Positions 30,001 to 37,920 of a stretch of 64,000 nucleotides of DNA are shown piece after piece. Numbering within the stretch: the stretch's first letter is position 1; the number at the start of each line of letters is the position of its first letter. The position numbers and the translations under genes are program-made. Source of the DNA: an uncultured Saprospiraceae bacterium (GTDB taxonomy: Bacteria > Bacteroidota > Bacteroidia > Chitinophagales > Saprospiraceae). The DNA is taken from the NCBI GenBank assembly GCA_964508085.1, contig CAZDTI010000001.1, positions 74 through 64,073 of the forward strand, in the 5' to 3' direction. The notes under the pieces were generated by a model that worked only from the letters and a program-made list of their open reading frames with translations, made no database searches and was not told the DNA's origin.

Positions 30001-30144
30001 ACGAAAATGATCAACATGAATTTCACCCTGAATATGAAATGTTAAAGCCATGTTATACATAGGGCTACTAACATCCATTTGCTGACCAATCCAAAGAAGT
30101 AACTGGCTTTGTGTTAATTTATGATGTGGATACAAAGTCTTCAT
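27013..30144 (-). CDS. non-ribosomal peptide synthetase, C-A-T module (NRPS-1)
   Basis: C domain: LTQSQLLLWIGQQMDVSSPMYN N-terminus and HHLTTDAWS (nt 29716-29742). A domain: LIYTSGSTGNPKGV, FDEYGPSEA, YRTGDLARI, GRIDFQVKINGHRIELGEIE, PNGKVNRKAL. T domain: FFDLGGESLMAIQ. A 4-bp overlap with the upstream carrier gene suggests translational coupling. Confidence 0.95.
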   Translation of the reverse strand: MKTLYPHHKLTQSQLLLWIGQQMDVSSPMYNMALTFHIQGEIHVDHFRNAFQKLVERSDALRTVFEVRDGSPIQKVLENLEYETALLDFSKEVAPMAAYESWVKDQTKIMFDLSKCLFDSILIRLSETDFIWYFNQHHLTTDAWSTSVIYKELALLYKLSIEDQINLAPPLPSFRDYILFEHTVQNNKAEAYWKNKLADCPPMPLLYNKKLKTSTTASKRITIQLGKERSDKLRQLSNEKGIRSWTQHLSLYNIFATTLFAYLYRICDQESLVMGSPAHNRPSNDFKKTIGLFIETFPLFAQIEQGESFLSLLKRVQIESNGFLRFAQPGTSSPELSRSFNVFFNYINADYSSFNGIPMSSKWIHPEHCDPSHHLRLQVHDFDRSGDIQLYFDLNTGVFDQEKQLAAPKHFLALLDAFIEDKEAAINAIPIITPQEFQKTIIDFNKNRYNTAEEESSIIELIETQVQKTPKKTSIVFKEKSISYQELNKLANQLAHYLSEKEIGLGSQVAICLKRSPEYIISVLAVLKTGATYIPIPSNYPNERVYYLLKDSQAKLLISHSSLTDCMELSPINTLHIDTAQTTLSNYPTENLSKSIPLNAIAFLIYTSGSTGNPKGVMITNKALSSYIKWTKQAYITSPDPAIPLFTTIGFDITANAVFLPLIMGGAIHVYQEVDQAIDISILEVIEDNKVDFVKLTPAHLIFLKGKTFEESQIKVMSVTGDELNTDLAQEVYNAFNGKLLMFDEYGPSEATIGCLYHQFTPTIKTPTVPIGLPIHNMNAYILNDHQIPVPQGVIGELYLSGIGLAAGYWNKPDLTDQKFIPNPFEANTKMYRTGDLARINEEGITEFLGRIDFQVKINGHRIELGEIETHVVSFTSITSCVVLAVDNNLGSKNLVAFFTSPSVILLSKLQAYLASKLPRYMIPSLFRHLEQLPLSPNGKVNRKALSALHAFPIETKIEYTPPQTEIEELIVEIWQTIFNISKIGIHDNFFDLGGESLMAIQITTRISETFEMEIPLSQVFKSPTVSTLAQYVEEKILNLLET

Positions 30145-30386
30145 GCGTTTAATTTACGTCTTTCAAGGTACTCTTGAATATGGCCTATAGTCATAAAATT
30201 TTCTATAGTCATATCTTGTGGGGGAATTAATAGTTCAAACTTATCTTCTATGAAAGTGATTAGTTTCATCATACTCATAGAGTCGACTAAACCACTTCCT
30301 AGTAGGTCATCTTCAGGAGAAAGCGCTATCTCGGTATCACCTCCTAATATTTGTTGTTGTATAAATTCAATAAGAAGATTACTCAT
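30141..30386 (-). CDS. stand-alone acyl/peptidyl carrier protein
   Basis: 81 aa. Phosphopantetheine attachment motif in LGSGLVDSMSMMKLI. Confidence 0.85.
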   Translation of the reverse strand: MSNLLIEFIQQQILGGDTEIALSPEDDLLGSGLVDSMSMMKLITFIEDKFELLIPPQDMTIENFMTIGHIQEYLERRKLNA

Positions 30387-30395
30387 AATTAAAAA

Positions 30396-31958
30396 TTAAT
30401 GGGCTTTTGCTATTAAGGCGTTATGATTTATTTTGCCAGCTGTTGTTCTTGGAATGGTATCGGTGAAAATAATTTTAGAGGGAATATTATACCAGGGTAA
30501 ATGGGTTTTAATATAGTTCTGTAGTGCTTTTTCAGGACTTTCTATCTCTGTTTTAAGTATGACAACAGCTTCAATTAATTTTCCAAAGTCGTCATCCTCC
30601 ACTCCATATGCTGCAACTTCTTTTACAGCTGAATGGCTCGTTATTATGTTTTCAATTTCATCCAATTCAACACGGTATCCTCTGGTTTTTATCTGTCGAT
30701 CTTTACGACCTAGAAATAAGAGTTGGCCCGCCGAATTAAGTTTTACAATGTCCCCGGTCCTATAAAATGTTTTCTCAAAGCCAGCGTCTTTATTTTGAAT
30801 GTAAAAACCTCGCTTAGTCAATTCAGGTTTACCCCAATATCCAGCCATCATGGTAGCTGTACATATTAATAATTCTCCAATGTCCCCTGCATTTACAAGC
30901 TGGTCAGCCTCGTCTACAATCATCATCTCCGTATTTTCCCAAACGACTCCAATAGGAATCGATTCCTCTATATTAGGAAGATCTTTTAAGTGATAGTAAG
31001 TGCATTGATTAACTTCGGCAGGGCCATAAACATTACTAAACGAACTATTAGGCCATGCTTCCATTAATTGACGAAGATGTTTGGTTGGAAAAGGTTCGCC
31101 GCCATATAATACCCACCGAAGGGAGCTTAAATTTCGCTCTTCTAACACCCCTAGTTGAAGTAATTGAGTTAAAGCTAAAGGTACGGAATACCAGACAGTT
31201 AGCTTCTCTTTTTCCATTAAAAGTGATAAGCTGGCGGGCATTTTAGTATAAGCCTCAGGTATGATAATAGTCGTGGCAGCTGCTAATGGAGCTGAAAAAT
31301 AACCGAAGGTAGAAATATCAAAATGGATGGGAGAATGATTTGCGATACGATCATGCTCCGTAATATTGTATAACTCTTTGGAAAGCATTGCATAGCTCAA
31401 TCCACTTCGATGCGTGTGCATAATACCTTTTGGGACTCCGGTAGTACCGGAGGTATAGATAATATAGGCTAAGTCTTTTTCTAAAATAGGACTTGACAAA
31501 AGGGGAGCTGTGTCGGGGTAGTTTTTAACAGCTTTCCAAGAAATTGTTTTTATAGGCAGTTCTTTTTCTACTCCGATAATAGAAAGGAGAGAAAGTGGTT
31601 CAGAGAGCAGATTGGCTAATTTTTTTTTTGATCTTGAGTTGGAGATAAGATGCTTTATTCCAGCTTCTTTTATTAGCTGTTGGTTTCTGGAACTTGGGGC
31701 TTTTACATCAAGGGGAACATAGGCAGCGCCAGCTCTTAAAATACCATGAATGGCTACAGCAGTTTCCAGCGATCTATCGAGGAAAATACCGATTCTATCT
31801 CCCTTCTCAACAGAAAGACCTCGCAATACATTTGCGAGTTGGTTGACTTGCTTATTTAGTGCAAGATAGGTGATTGACTGATCTAAAAATCGAAAAGCTT
31901 CTTTGTTAGGGAATAGCTTGGCGGATTCTTCAATTATATGACTTAAAAGGTAGATCAT
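30396..31958 (-). CDS. stand-alone adenylation (A) domain protein, amino-acid type
   Basis: 520 aa. Motifs IIYTSGTTGVPKGI, FDISTF (retains the alpha-amino-binding Asp), NVYGPAE, YRTGDIVKL, GRKDRQIKTRGYRVELDEIE and TAGKINHNAL. Confidence 0.85.
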   Translation of the reverse strand: MIYLLSHIIEESAKLFPNKEAFRFLDQSITYLALNKQVNQLANVLRGLSVEKGDRIGIFLDRSLETAVAIHGILRAGAAYVPLDVKAPSSRNQQLIKEAGIKHLISNSRSKKKLANLLSEPLSLLSIIGVEKELPIKTISWKAVKNYPDTAPLLSSPILEKDLAYIIYTSGTTGVPKGIMHTHRSGLSYAMLSKELYNITEHDRIANHSPIHFDISTFGYFSAPLAAATTIIIPEAYTKMPASLSLLMEKEKLTVWYSVPLALTQLLQLGVLEERNLSSLRWVLYGGEPFPTKHLRQLMEAWPNSSFSNVYGPAEVNQCTYYHLKDLPNIEESIPIGVVWENTEMMIVDEADQLVNAGDIGELLICTATMMAGYWGKPELTKRGFYIQNKDAGFEKTFYRTGDIVKLNSAGQLLFLGRKDRQIKTRGYRVELDEIENIITSHSAVKEVAAYGVEDDDFGKLIEAVVILKTEIESPEKALQNYIKTHLPWYNIPSKIIFTDTIPRTTAGKINHNALIAKAH

Positions 31959-31991
31959 TTGAGTTGAGTCTGTGAAAATTCTTTACTCTAG

Positions 31992-33143
31992 TTATAGTCC
32001 CAATAGGTTGGCTACTATATTGCGTTGTATATCGGAGGTACCTGCATAGAGTACGCCTCCTACGGCATCCCGTAAATCTCTTTCAATTCCAAGGTCAGTC
32101 AGATAACCATTTCCACCAAAACAGCGTATAGCATCCATACTGGAGTCAAGAAAACTTTCACTCAATTGAAGTTTCAAAAGTGCTGCTTCTAGCATTGCTG
32201 TTTGACCGGTTTGTTTTAGCCAAGCAACTTTGTATAATAACAACCTTGAGGTCTCCAGTCGCAATTTCATCTCTACAACTCTATTAGAAACAGATTGAAA
32301 TTTACCAATTGACTGTCCAAACTGTTTACGCTTGTTCACAAAAGAAACCGTATTTTCTAATTGACGCTCCATTGAACCCAATTGACTAGCAAGTATACTA
32401 CATCGTTCATATTCTAAGGAGTGATTTATCATACTGAAGCCAGCGCCCTCTCCCCCCAATCGATTCTCCTCAGGAACAAAGCAATTGTCAAAATTCAATT
32501 CTCCTTGGGGGATAGTTCTTAAACCCATTTTATCCCGATTAGGGCTTTGGCTAAGGCCATTCATTCCCTTTTCCACCAGAAACGCGGTAATGCCCCATTT
32601 TCCCAGCTTAGGATTTACATTTGCAAAAACAAGCGCTACATCTGCAATTGGAGCAAAAGTGACTAACCGTTTTTGACCATTTAAGATATATCCTTTGTCT
32701 GTTTTCTCGGCGGTCATCTCCATGTTAAAGACATCTGATCCGATGTTGGGCTCGGTTAAAGCATGTGCACCAATCCATTCGCCATTAACCATGGGAGGAA
32801 GGAATTTTTGTTTTTGTTCTTCTGTACCAAATTGAACAATAGGGAGCTGAACCGTCCACATTTGTGCATTCAGCCCAAAAGCTAAGGAGTTATCAAGACA
32901 ACCATAGCCCAATCCCTCTAAGGCGAGTACAGAACTTAATAAATCGACTTCGTCATGGCGTCCACCATATTTAGTGGTAGATGCCATTGCCTGAATTCCG
33001 AATTCCGCACATTTATTCCATAGATCTCTAGCGAAAATATTTTGTTTGTCTCTTGAGACTAAATCGTCATGTAACTCTTTTTTTGCGAAGGCGATAACCT
33101 TCTCTTTATATTGAATTTGTTCTGTTGACCAAGAAAAGTCCAT
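31992..33143 (-). CDS. acyl-CoA dehydrogenase-family flavoenzyme, probably acting on a carrier-bound substrate
   Basis: 383 aa. ACAD fold motifs (GAHALTEPNIGSD, FGQSIGKFQSVSNRVVEMKLRLE, GGNGY). Same operon as the A domain and carrier protein. Confidence 0.8.
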   Translation of the reverse strand: MDFSWSTEQIQYKEKVIAFAKKELHDDLVSRDKQNIFARDLWNKCAEFGIQAMASTTKYGGRHDEVDLLSSVLALEGLGYGCLDNSLAFGLNAQMWTVQLPIVQFGTEEQKQKFLPPMVNGEWIGAHALTEPNIGSDVFNMEMTAEKTDKGYILNGQKRLVTFAPIADVALVFANVNPKLGKWGITAFLVEKGMNGLSQSPNRDKMGLRTIPQGELNFDNCFVPEENRLGGEGAGFSMINHSLEYERCSILASQLGSMERQLENTVSFVNKRKQFGQSIGKFQSVSNRVVEMKLRLETSRLLLYKVAWLKQTGQTAMLEAALLKLQLSESFLDSSMDAIRCFGGNGYLTDLGIERDLRDAVGGVLYAGTSDIQRNIVANLLGL

Positions 33144-33217
33144 GTATTTATTTTTAATCCAGTTAGATCATCAAATTGTAGTTCATCAATTATGATGAAT
33201 CAAAAAGGGTGTTACTG

Positions 33218-35437
33218 CTAGAATTGGTAGGTCACATTCCCTTTTAGAAAAATGGGCGTACCAGGAGTAAAGTGGATTTCCTCTGTTGATTGAACCTCAG
33301 AACGTAGTCTTGAATTTGTGGCAAACTGAGTCTCATTCCATGAGGAATTAAATAGGTTTTCAACAGTAATTCCCAAACTGAGGTTCTTGAAAGAATAATT
33401 CATACTCATATCGGTAATGAAATATCCTTCAGCTACGATACTGTTGTCCTCGTTGGCTGGTCTATCTTTTAGGTATCTGAATTTTAAACTTCCCGAAAAT
33501 CTATCTTTTTTGTATTGAAGTCCACCAGAAGCAGAAAGAGACGGAGCAAGAGGGATAAATTGAGCATTATCAGGTTCATCGATACTTCTTACAAAAGCAT
33601 AGTTTATGTCAGCATTTATGAAGAGAGCGTCAAATACTTGATAACGGATTCCAAGGTCAATACCATTTCGTTCGGTCCGACCACTAGGTTCAACGATTCC
33701 CTCATCTCCAACATAAACAAACTCTTGTTCCAGAAAGAGATACCACAAAGCGGTGTTCAGAATTAGACGTGGAGCTGGCTTCCAGATGAGTCCAAGATCT
33801 GCCCCATAAGCTGCAGGTAATATACTTTCTACATCTTTTTCCAGAACAACTCTGGAATCATTAGAATGAAACCCAATCCCTGTTTTAAAAAAGAATTGAA
33901 TTTTTTTATTGTAATTGTAAATTAAGTTCAATTTAGGACTAACAGCTAATTTTGTTTTTGAGTCAACACTATATAAACTGTCTAGTTTGTTTTGATATTG
34001 AAATTGAAAATAATCTAGTCGGACCGCAGGGCTAAAAAGCCAAGAACCGAAGTCAAATTCCGTATTGACGTAACTGTAATAATTAGATTCATTTACATCA
34101 CCCAACTGTGAATACCTTAGAGTTGTACTTCTATTTAGGGTATGAGCGAGTTCATTATCATTGATATCATCATTTCTCATTCCGATACCAACCTGCACCA
34201 AGGTCGCGGTGTTTCCTATGAAAGAAGAGTGATTCCATTCGCTTTCTAAGCCAAATATATTTCGATTTTCTTTTTGTCTAATTTGGTCTCCATTTATAGG
34301 GTCGTTTAGGAAAAAGGTAAAGTTGGAAAAAAGCTCAAAACCATAGGAACTATAGAAAAGTTTATTTTTAATAAAGGAGTGATTATTAATGGTCTTGCTG
34401 TAGTGCAATGCGAAATTGCTTCGATCTGTATTTCCGCCTTCTGTGTCATCTATTGCTCCAAAGCGAGAGATCAGACCAGAATCTACGGCACGGACAGGAA
34501 TCTGCCCAGAAGCATCCCACTGACTGCTGAAATGGGAAGCGATCAAAGATAATTTATCCAAATTTGGGAGCGTGTAGGTATATTTACCATAAAAACTGAG
34601 GCGATTAAAGTTTTGAGAAGATTCAAAAGGACCATCAGAGGATAAATATTCCGTAGCGATATAAGCGTTATGCGCATCCGTACTAATCAGGTCAAATAAC
34701 CCTACAGCACGTAAAGTGTTGAAACGGCCGGCTTCTAATTTTATAGAAGATTTATCCAATTTTGATTTTGTATTGAAAGCCACATAACCGGCTGTTCCAA
34801 AATTGCCTATATCTGCATAATAGGGCCCTTTACCAAAATCAATCTTTTCAATGGTTTCAGGAATGACAAAGTGCAGGTCAGCATACCCCTGCCCATGGGC
34901 GTGGGAGACCATATTTACAGGCATTCCATCTACCGTTATATTTACGTCAGTCCCATGATCAATATCAAAACCACGAAGGAAAATTTGTTCCGCTTTTCCA
35001 CCACCAGCATGTTGACCTATGAATAGGCCGGGAACTTTCTGGAGAATATCTGTAGAACTATTGACGGGATCTAATTGAATGTCGATATCAGAAAAAAGTG
35101 TTAGGGACTTTATAGATTGTCCAATGACAATTTCATCAAGTTGGAAAATAGATTCATTCAATTTAATTTCTAAAGCAGAGGAGTCTTTGATAATTACTTT
35201 TTTTGCTTCAAAACCAATGTGTACGATTTCTAAAGTATCTCCTATACTGACTCCTTGAAGAGAAAATTGTCCAAGCTCATTTGTATGAGTATGCTGTTTT
35301 GAGTTAAGGTGTGCAACATCAGCACCTGGTATTGATGTTCTGAATTCGTCCATGACCTTACCCTCGACAGTTTGCCCATAAGTCAATTGAAAAAAAGAGA
35401 AAAAGAAAAAGAAAAAGAGGGGAATTGTGCGATTCAT
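33218..35437 (-). CDS. TonB-dependent outer-membrane receptor
   Basis: Signal peptide. CarboxypepD_reg-like N-terminus (GKVMDE...PGADV...TNELGQFSL). Plug motifs (DILQKVPGLFIGQ, IFLRGFD). 22-strand-like barrel ending ...GNVTYQF. Confidence 0.85.
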   Translation of the reverse strand: MNRTIPLFFFFFFSFFQLTYGQTVEGKVMDEFRTSIPGADVAHLNSKQHTHTNELGQFSLQGVSIGDTLEIVHIGFEAKKVIIKDSSALEIKLNESIFQLDEIVIGQSIKSLTLFSDIDIQLDPVNSSTDILQKVPGLFIGQHAGGGKAEQIFLRGFDIDHGTDVNITVDGMPVNMVSHAHGQGYADLHFVIPETIEKIDFGKGPYYADIGNFGTAGYVAFNTKSKLDKSSIKLEAGRFNTLRAVGLFDLISTDAHNAYIATEYLSSDGPFESSQNFNRLSFYGKYTYTLPNLDKLSLIASHFSSQWDASGQIPVRAVDSGLISRFGAIDDTEGGNTDRSNFALHYSKTINNHSFIKNKLFYSSYGFELFSNFTFFLNDPINGDQIRQKENRNIFGLESEWNHSSFIGNTATLVQVGIGMRNDDINDNELAHTLNRSTTLRYSQLGDVNESNYYSYVNTEFDFGSWLFSPAVRLDYFQFQYQNKLDSLYSVDSKTKLAVSPKLNLIYNYNKKIQFFFKTGIGFHSNDSRVVLEKDVESILPAAYGADLGLIWKPAPRLILNTALWYLFLEQEFVYVGDEGIVEPSGRTERNGIDLGIRYQVFDALFINADINYAFVRSIDEPDNAQFIPLAPSLSASGGLQYKKDRFSGSLKFRYLKDRPANEDNSIVAEGYFITDMSMNYSFKNLSLGITVENLFNSSWNETQFATNSRLRSEVQSTEEIHFTPGTPIFLKGNVTYQF

Positions 35438-35754
35438 AATAGTTAGGTGAAGTTTTCGATTTTTAAAATGGTTGAGTTGTGGTTTGTTTAATTAAAACAG
35501 CTACTAATTCACTACAAAGTAGACATAAATTAAGGCGAATTAATTAAAAACCAAATTAACATTTTATCACAGAATTGTTAGTGTTTGAGCAAAATTTTTG
35601 AGATAATGTAGTCTATGCGATACCCTGAGGTGATCTTGATTTTTTGTAACTGAAGAATACTGGCTTTAAACTCAGGTAGTCTTATTTTTTTTATAGATTT
35701 GGATTTTTTCTATTCTTGAATTCATCGTCTTTTTGGATTTTATTTTGAAAAATT

Positions 35755-37140
35755 ATGGCTAAGATTATTTGTATTACAACGGGATTGACGGGTATAACAA
35801 ACGCGAGTTTTGAACTAATCAAACGGCTATCCCTTAGTGGACATGAAGTCATTGCCGCTTCGCCAAATGATATAAGAGAAAAAGTCACCAAACAAGGAAT
35901 TAAATATGAACAATTAGTCCCATTAACCTTTAATCCAAGCCCAGCACTACCAACATTTCAAGGGAAGTTCAAAAGGGGGAGGCGACTGTTTTACATGTTA
36001 CGTAATATTTCTAAACGAAAAAAGTTAGCGGTAGAGGCAATTTATCCACATTCTTTTGTTAAACTGATAAACAGACATCAACCCGATTTATTGATCTTGG
36101 ATTTAGAGTTGCACGAGTATATTGTTAAGGCTTATGCTATGGAGGTGCCTTTTATTCTCTTTAACCAATTTTTTTCTATTTGGAAAAGAAGGGGATTACC
36201 CTCCATTCGTTCTAAGACAATACCAGGTGTTGGGTTAACAGGGACTACTATTGCAATTAAGCTTTCTTGGTTATTTACTAAAATAAAAAGGAGGTGGAAA
36301 TTTCAAAAGATAAAGATACTTACTGGTTTTACAAACCGGAGAACAGCATTGCACCAGCTGATTCATCAGGAGTGTTTTCCTAACAAATATATCGGAGGAG
36401 ATTTTTGGCCTGGATTTATTATTTATAACCAACTAACAGTCATCAGCACTACTGCCGAAGAGCTAGAATTTCCGCATATTAAGAGAGAAAATTTATTTTA
36501 TGTTGGTCCTATGGTTAACATAGACAGAAAGGAACAAAAGGCAATTACTACAAACGATTACACAATTGAAGAGGTGTTTTCAACTGCGAAGAATACTAAT
36601 AAAAAACTAATTTATTGTTCTGTTAGTACTTTGCAAAAAGGGGATACTGCTCTCTTAGAGAAAATAATTAATGCGGTTAGCGCTGAGAAGGATTGGATAT
36701 TAATAATTACGCTCGGAGGTTTGATAAAGAATTGGGAAAGAAAAATGCTACCTTCTAATGTGTTTACTTTCTCTTATCTACCTCAATTGAAAGTTTTATC
36801 AAAGGCAGATTGTTCGATAAATCATGGAGGGATTCACACGATAAATGAGTGCATTCATTTTAAAGTGCCCATGTTAATATACTCAGGGAAAAAGTCCGAT
36901 CAGAATGGTAACGCAGCTCGTATACATTTTCATGAAATTGGCTTGCGTGGAGATAAAGATAAAGTAGAAGTTTCTGAGATTAAGAAAAATCTTAGGGAAG
37001 TATTGTCAAATCCATTATATAAAAAAAACTTAGTAAACCTACAGGAAAAGTATTTAGACTACAAAAGAAAAGAGGTACTTGAAAATACAATTGACAACTT
37101 CTTGTCCAAACACAAGAAGGCAAATGACAATAGTTATTAA
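35755..37140 (+). CDS. GT1-family (MGT/UGT-like, GT-B fold) glycosyltransferase
   Basis: N-terminus ICITTGLTGITNASFELIKRLSLSGHEV. C-terminal donor-binding signature HGGIHTINECIHFKVPMLIYSGKKSDQNGNAARI. Confidence 0.75.
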   Translation: MAKIICITTGLTGITNASFELIKRLSLSGHEVIAASPNDIREKVTKQGIKYEQLVPLTFNPSPALPTFQGKFKRGRRLFYMLRNISKRKKLAVEAIYPHSFVKLINRHQPDLLILDLELHEYIVKAYAMEVPFILFNQFFSIWKRRGLPSIRSKTIPGVGLTGTTIAIKLSWLFTKIKRRWKFQKIKILTGFTNRRTALHQLIHQECFPNKYIGGDFWPGFIIYNQLTVISTTAEELEFPHIKRENLFYVGPMVNIDRKEQKAITTNDYTIEEVFSTAKNTNKKLIYCSVSTLQKGDTALLEKIINAVSAEKDWILIITLGGLIKNWERKMLPSNVFTFSYLPQLKVLSKADCSINHGGIHTINECIHFKVPMLIYSGKKSDQNGNAARIHFHEIGLRGDKDKVEVSEIKKNLREVLSNPLYKKNLVNLQEKYLDYKRKEVLENTIDNFLSKHKKANDNSY

Positions 37141-37161
37141 TACGGAGTCCTTAAGAAATCT

Positions 37162-37860
37162 TTACCTCGGTTTCAACCTGTCATACCTGTCTTGCCCTAT
37201 CAATCGTTTTACTTCTTTTTTTAGAAGAAAGATATTACTTTTAAAATACCTCGTTGTATACCATTTTGCTTGATATACGACACGATTAATGTGAGCGAGC
37301 CATAAAGTTTCTCCTTCATATACAGGCGCACTTTTATTAACATGTTTAGGCGTTAGGGTCGTATTTGATATGCCTAAAAAAGTCAACAGCTTATCCGGAT
37401 CATCTCCATTTTCCCAACAAAGAACCAGCAGTTTGTTGGGCCGATCTTTGAAATACTCTTTGACTTCTTTGTTATGTTTGTTATAGAAATTAATATGATC
37501 TTCTTTCTTTCCATGAGGCATAGCATAGCCGTATATGTGTTTTTCAAAATCATTGAATGGCCCCATTCTTACCGCCATCTTGCATAGACTCTTGTACCAC
37601 CGTTCTGGAGATTTTCGCATGGTTAGTATGAAAAGCGCATCCTCGAACTGTTTGTCAATTTCTTTATACATGAGAGGCCAGGGCCAATCTTCAAAGCTAT
37701 CGTAGTTTTCCATAACCCCAAATAGCTTTTCTAGGTTGTTTGCACGATAGTCATTAAACATAGCTAGATCATAGCTTTGATGTCTGTATCCCAATTCCTT
37801 TAGATAACTACGTAGTGTCTTTGTACCTGTTTTATTAAGTCCAATACCTATGATTTTCAT
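37162..37860 (-). CDS. sulfotransferase-family protein (PAPS-dependent, predicted)
   Basis: N-terminal 5'-PSB-like loop IGIGLNKTGTKTL. Also DWPWPLMYKEI and FILTMRKSPERWYKS blocks. Confidence 0.65.
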   Translation of the reverse strand: MKIIGIGLNKTGTKTLRSYLKELGYRHQSYDLAMFNDYRANNLEKLFGVMENYDSFEDWPWPLMYKEIDKQFEDALFILTMRKSPERWYKSLCKMAVRMGPFNDFEKHIYGYAMPHGKKEDHINFYNKHNKEVKEYFKDRPNKLLVLCWENGDDPDKLLTFLGISNTTLTPKHVNKSAPVYEGETLWLAHINRVVYQAKWYTTRYFKSNIFLLKKEVKRLIGQDRYDRLKPR

Positions 37861-37920
37861 AAACGCTATTTGATTTAAAAAGAAATTAGGAAACGATTAA
37901 TCTCATATAATTATGAGTCG

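Noticed and set aside
27013-35437. Calling the cluster a classical hydroxamate or catecholate siderophore cluster
   Set aside because: No ornithine/lysine N-hydroxylase, N-acyl/formyl transferase, isochorismate synthase or DHB-AMP ligase genes are present. Only the TonB receptor and the starter-type C domain hint at a metallophore, so the claim is kept as a hypothesis.
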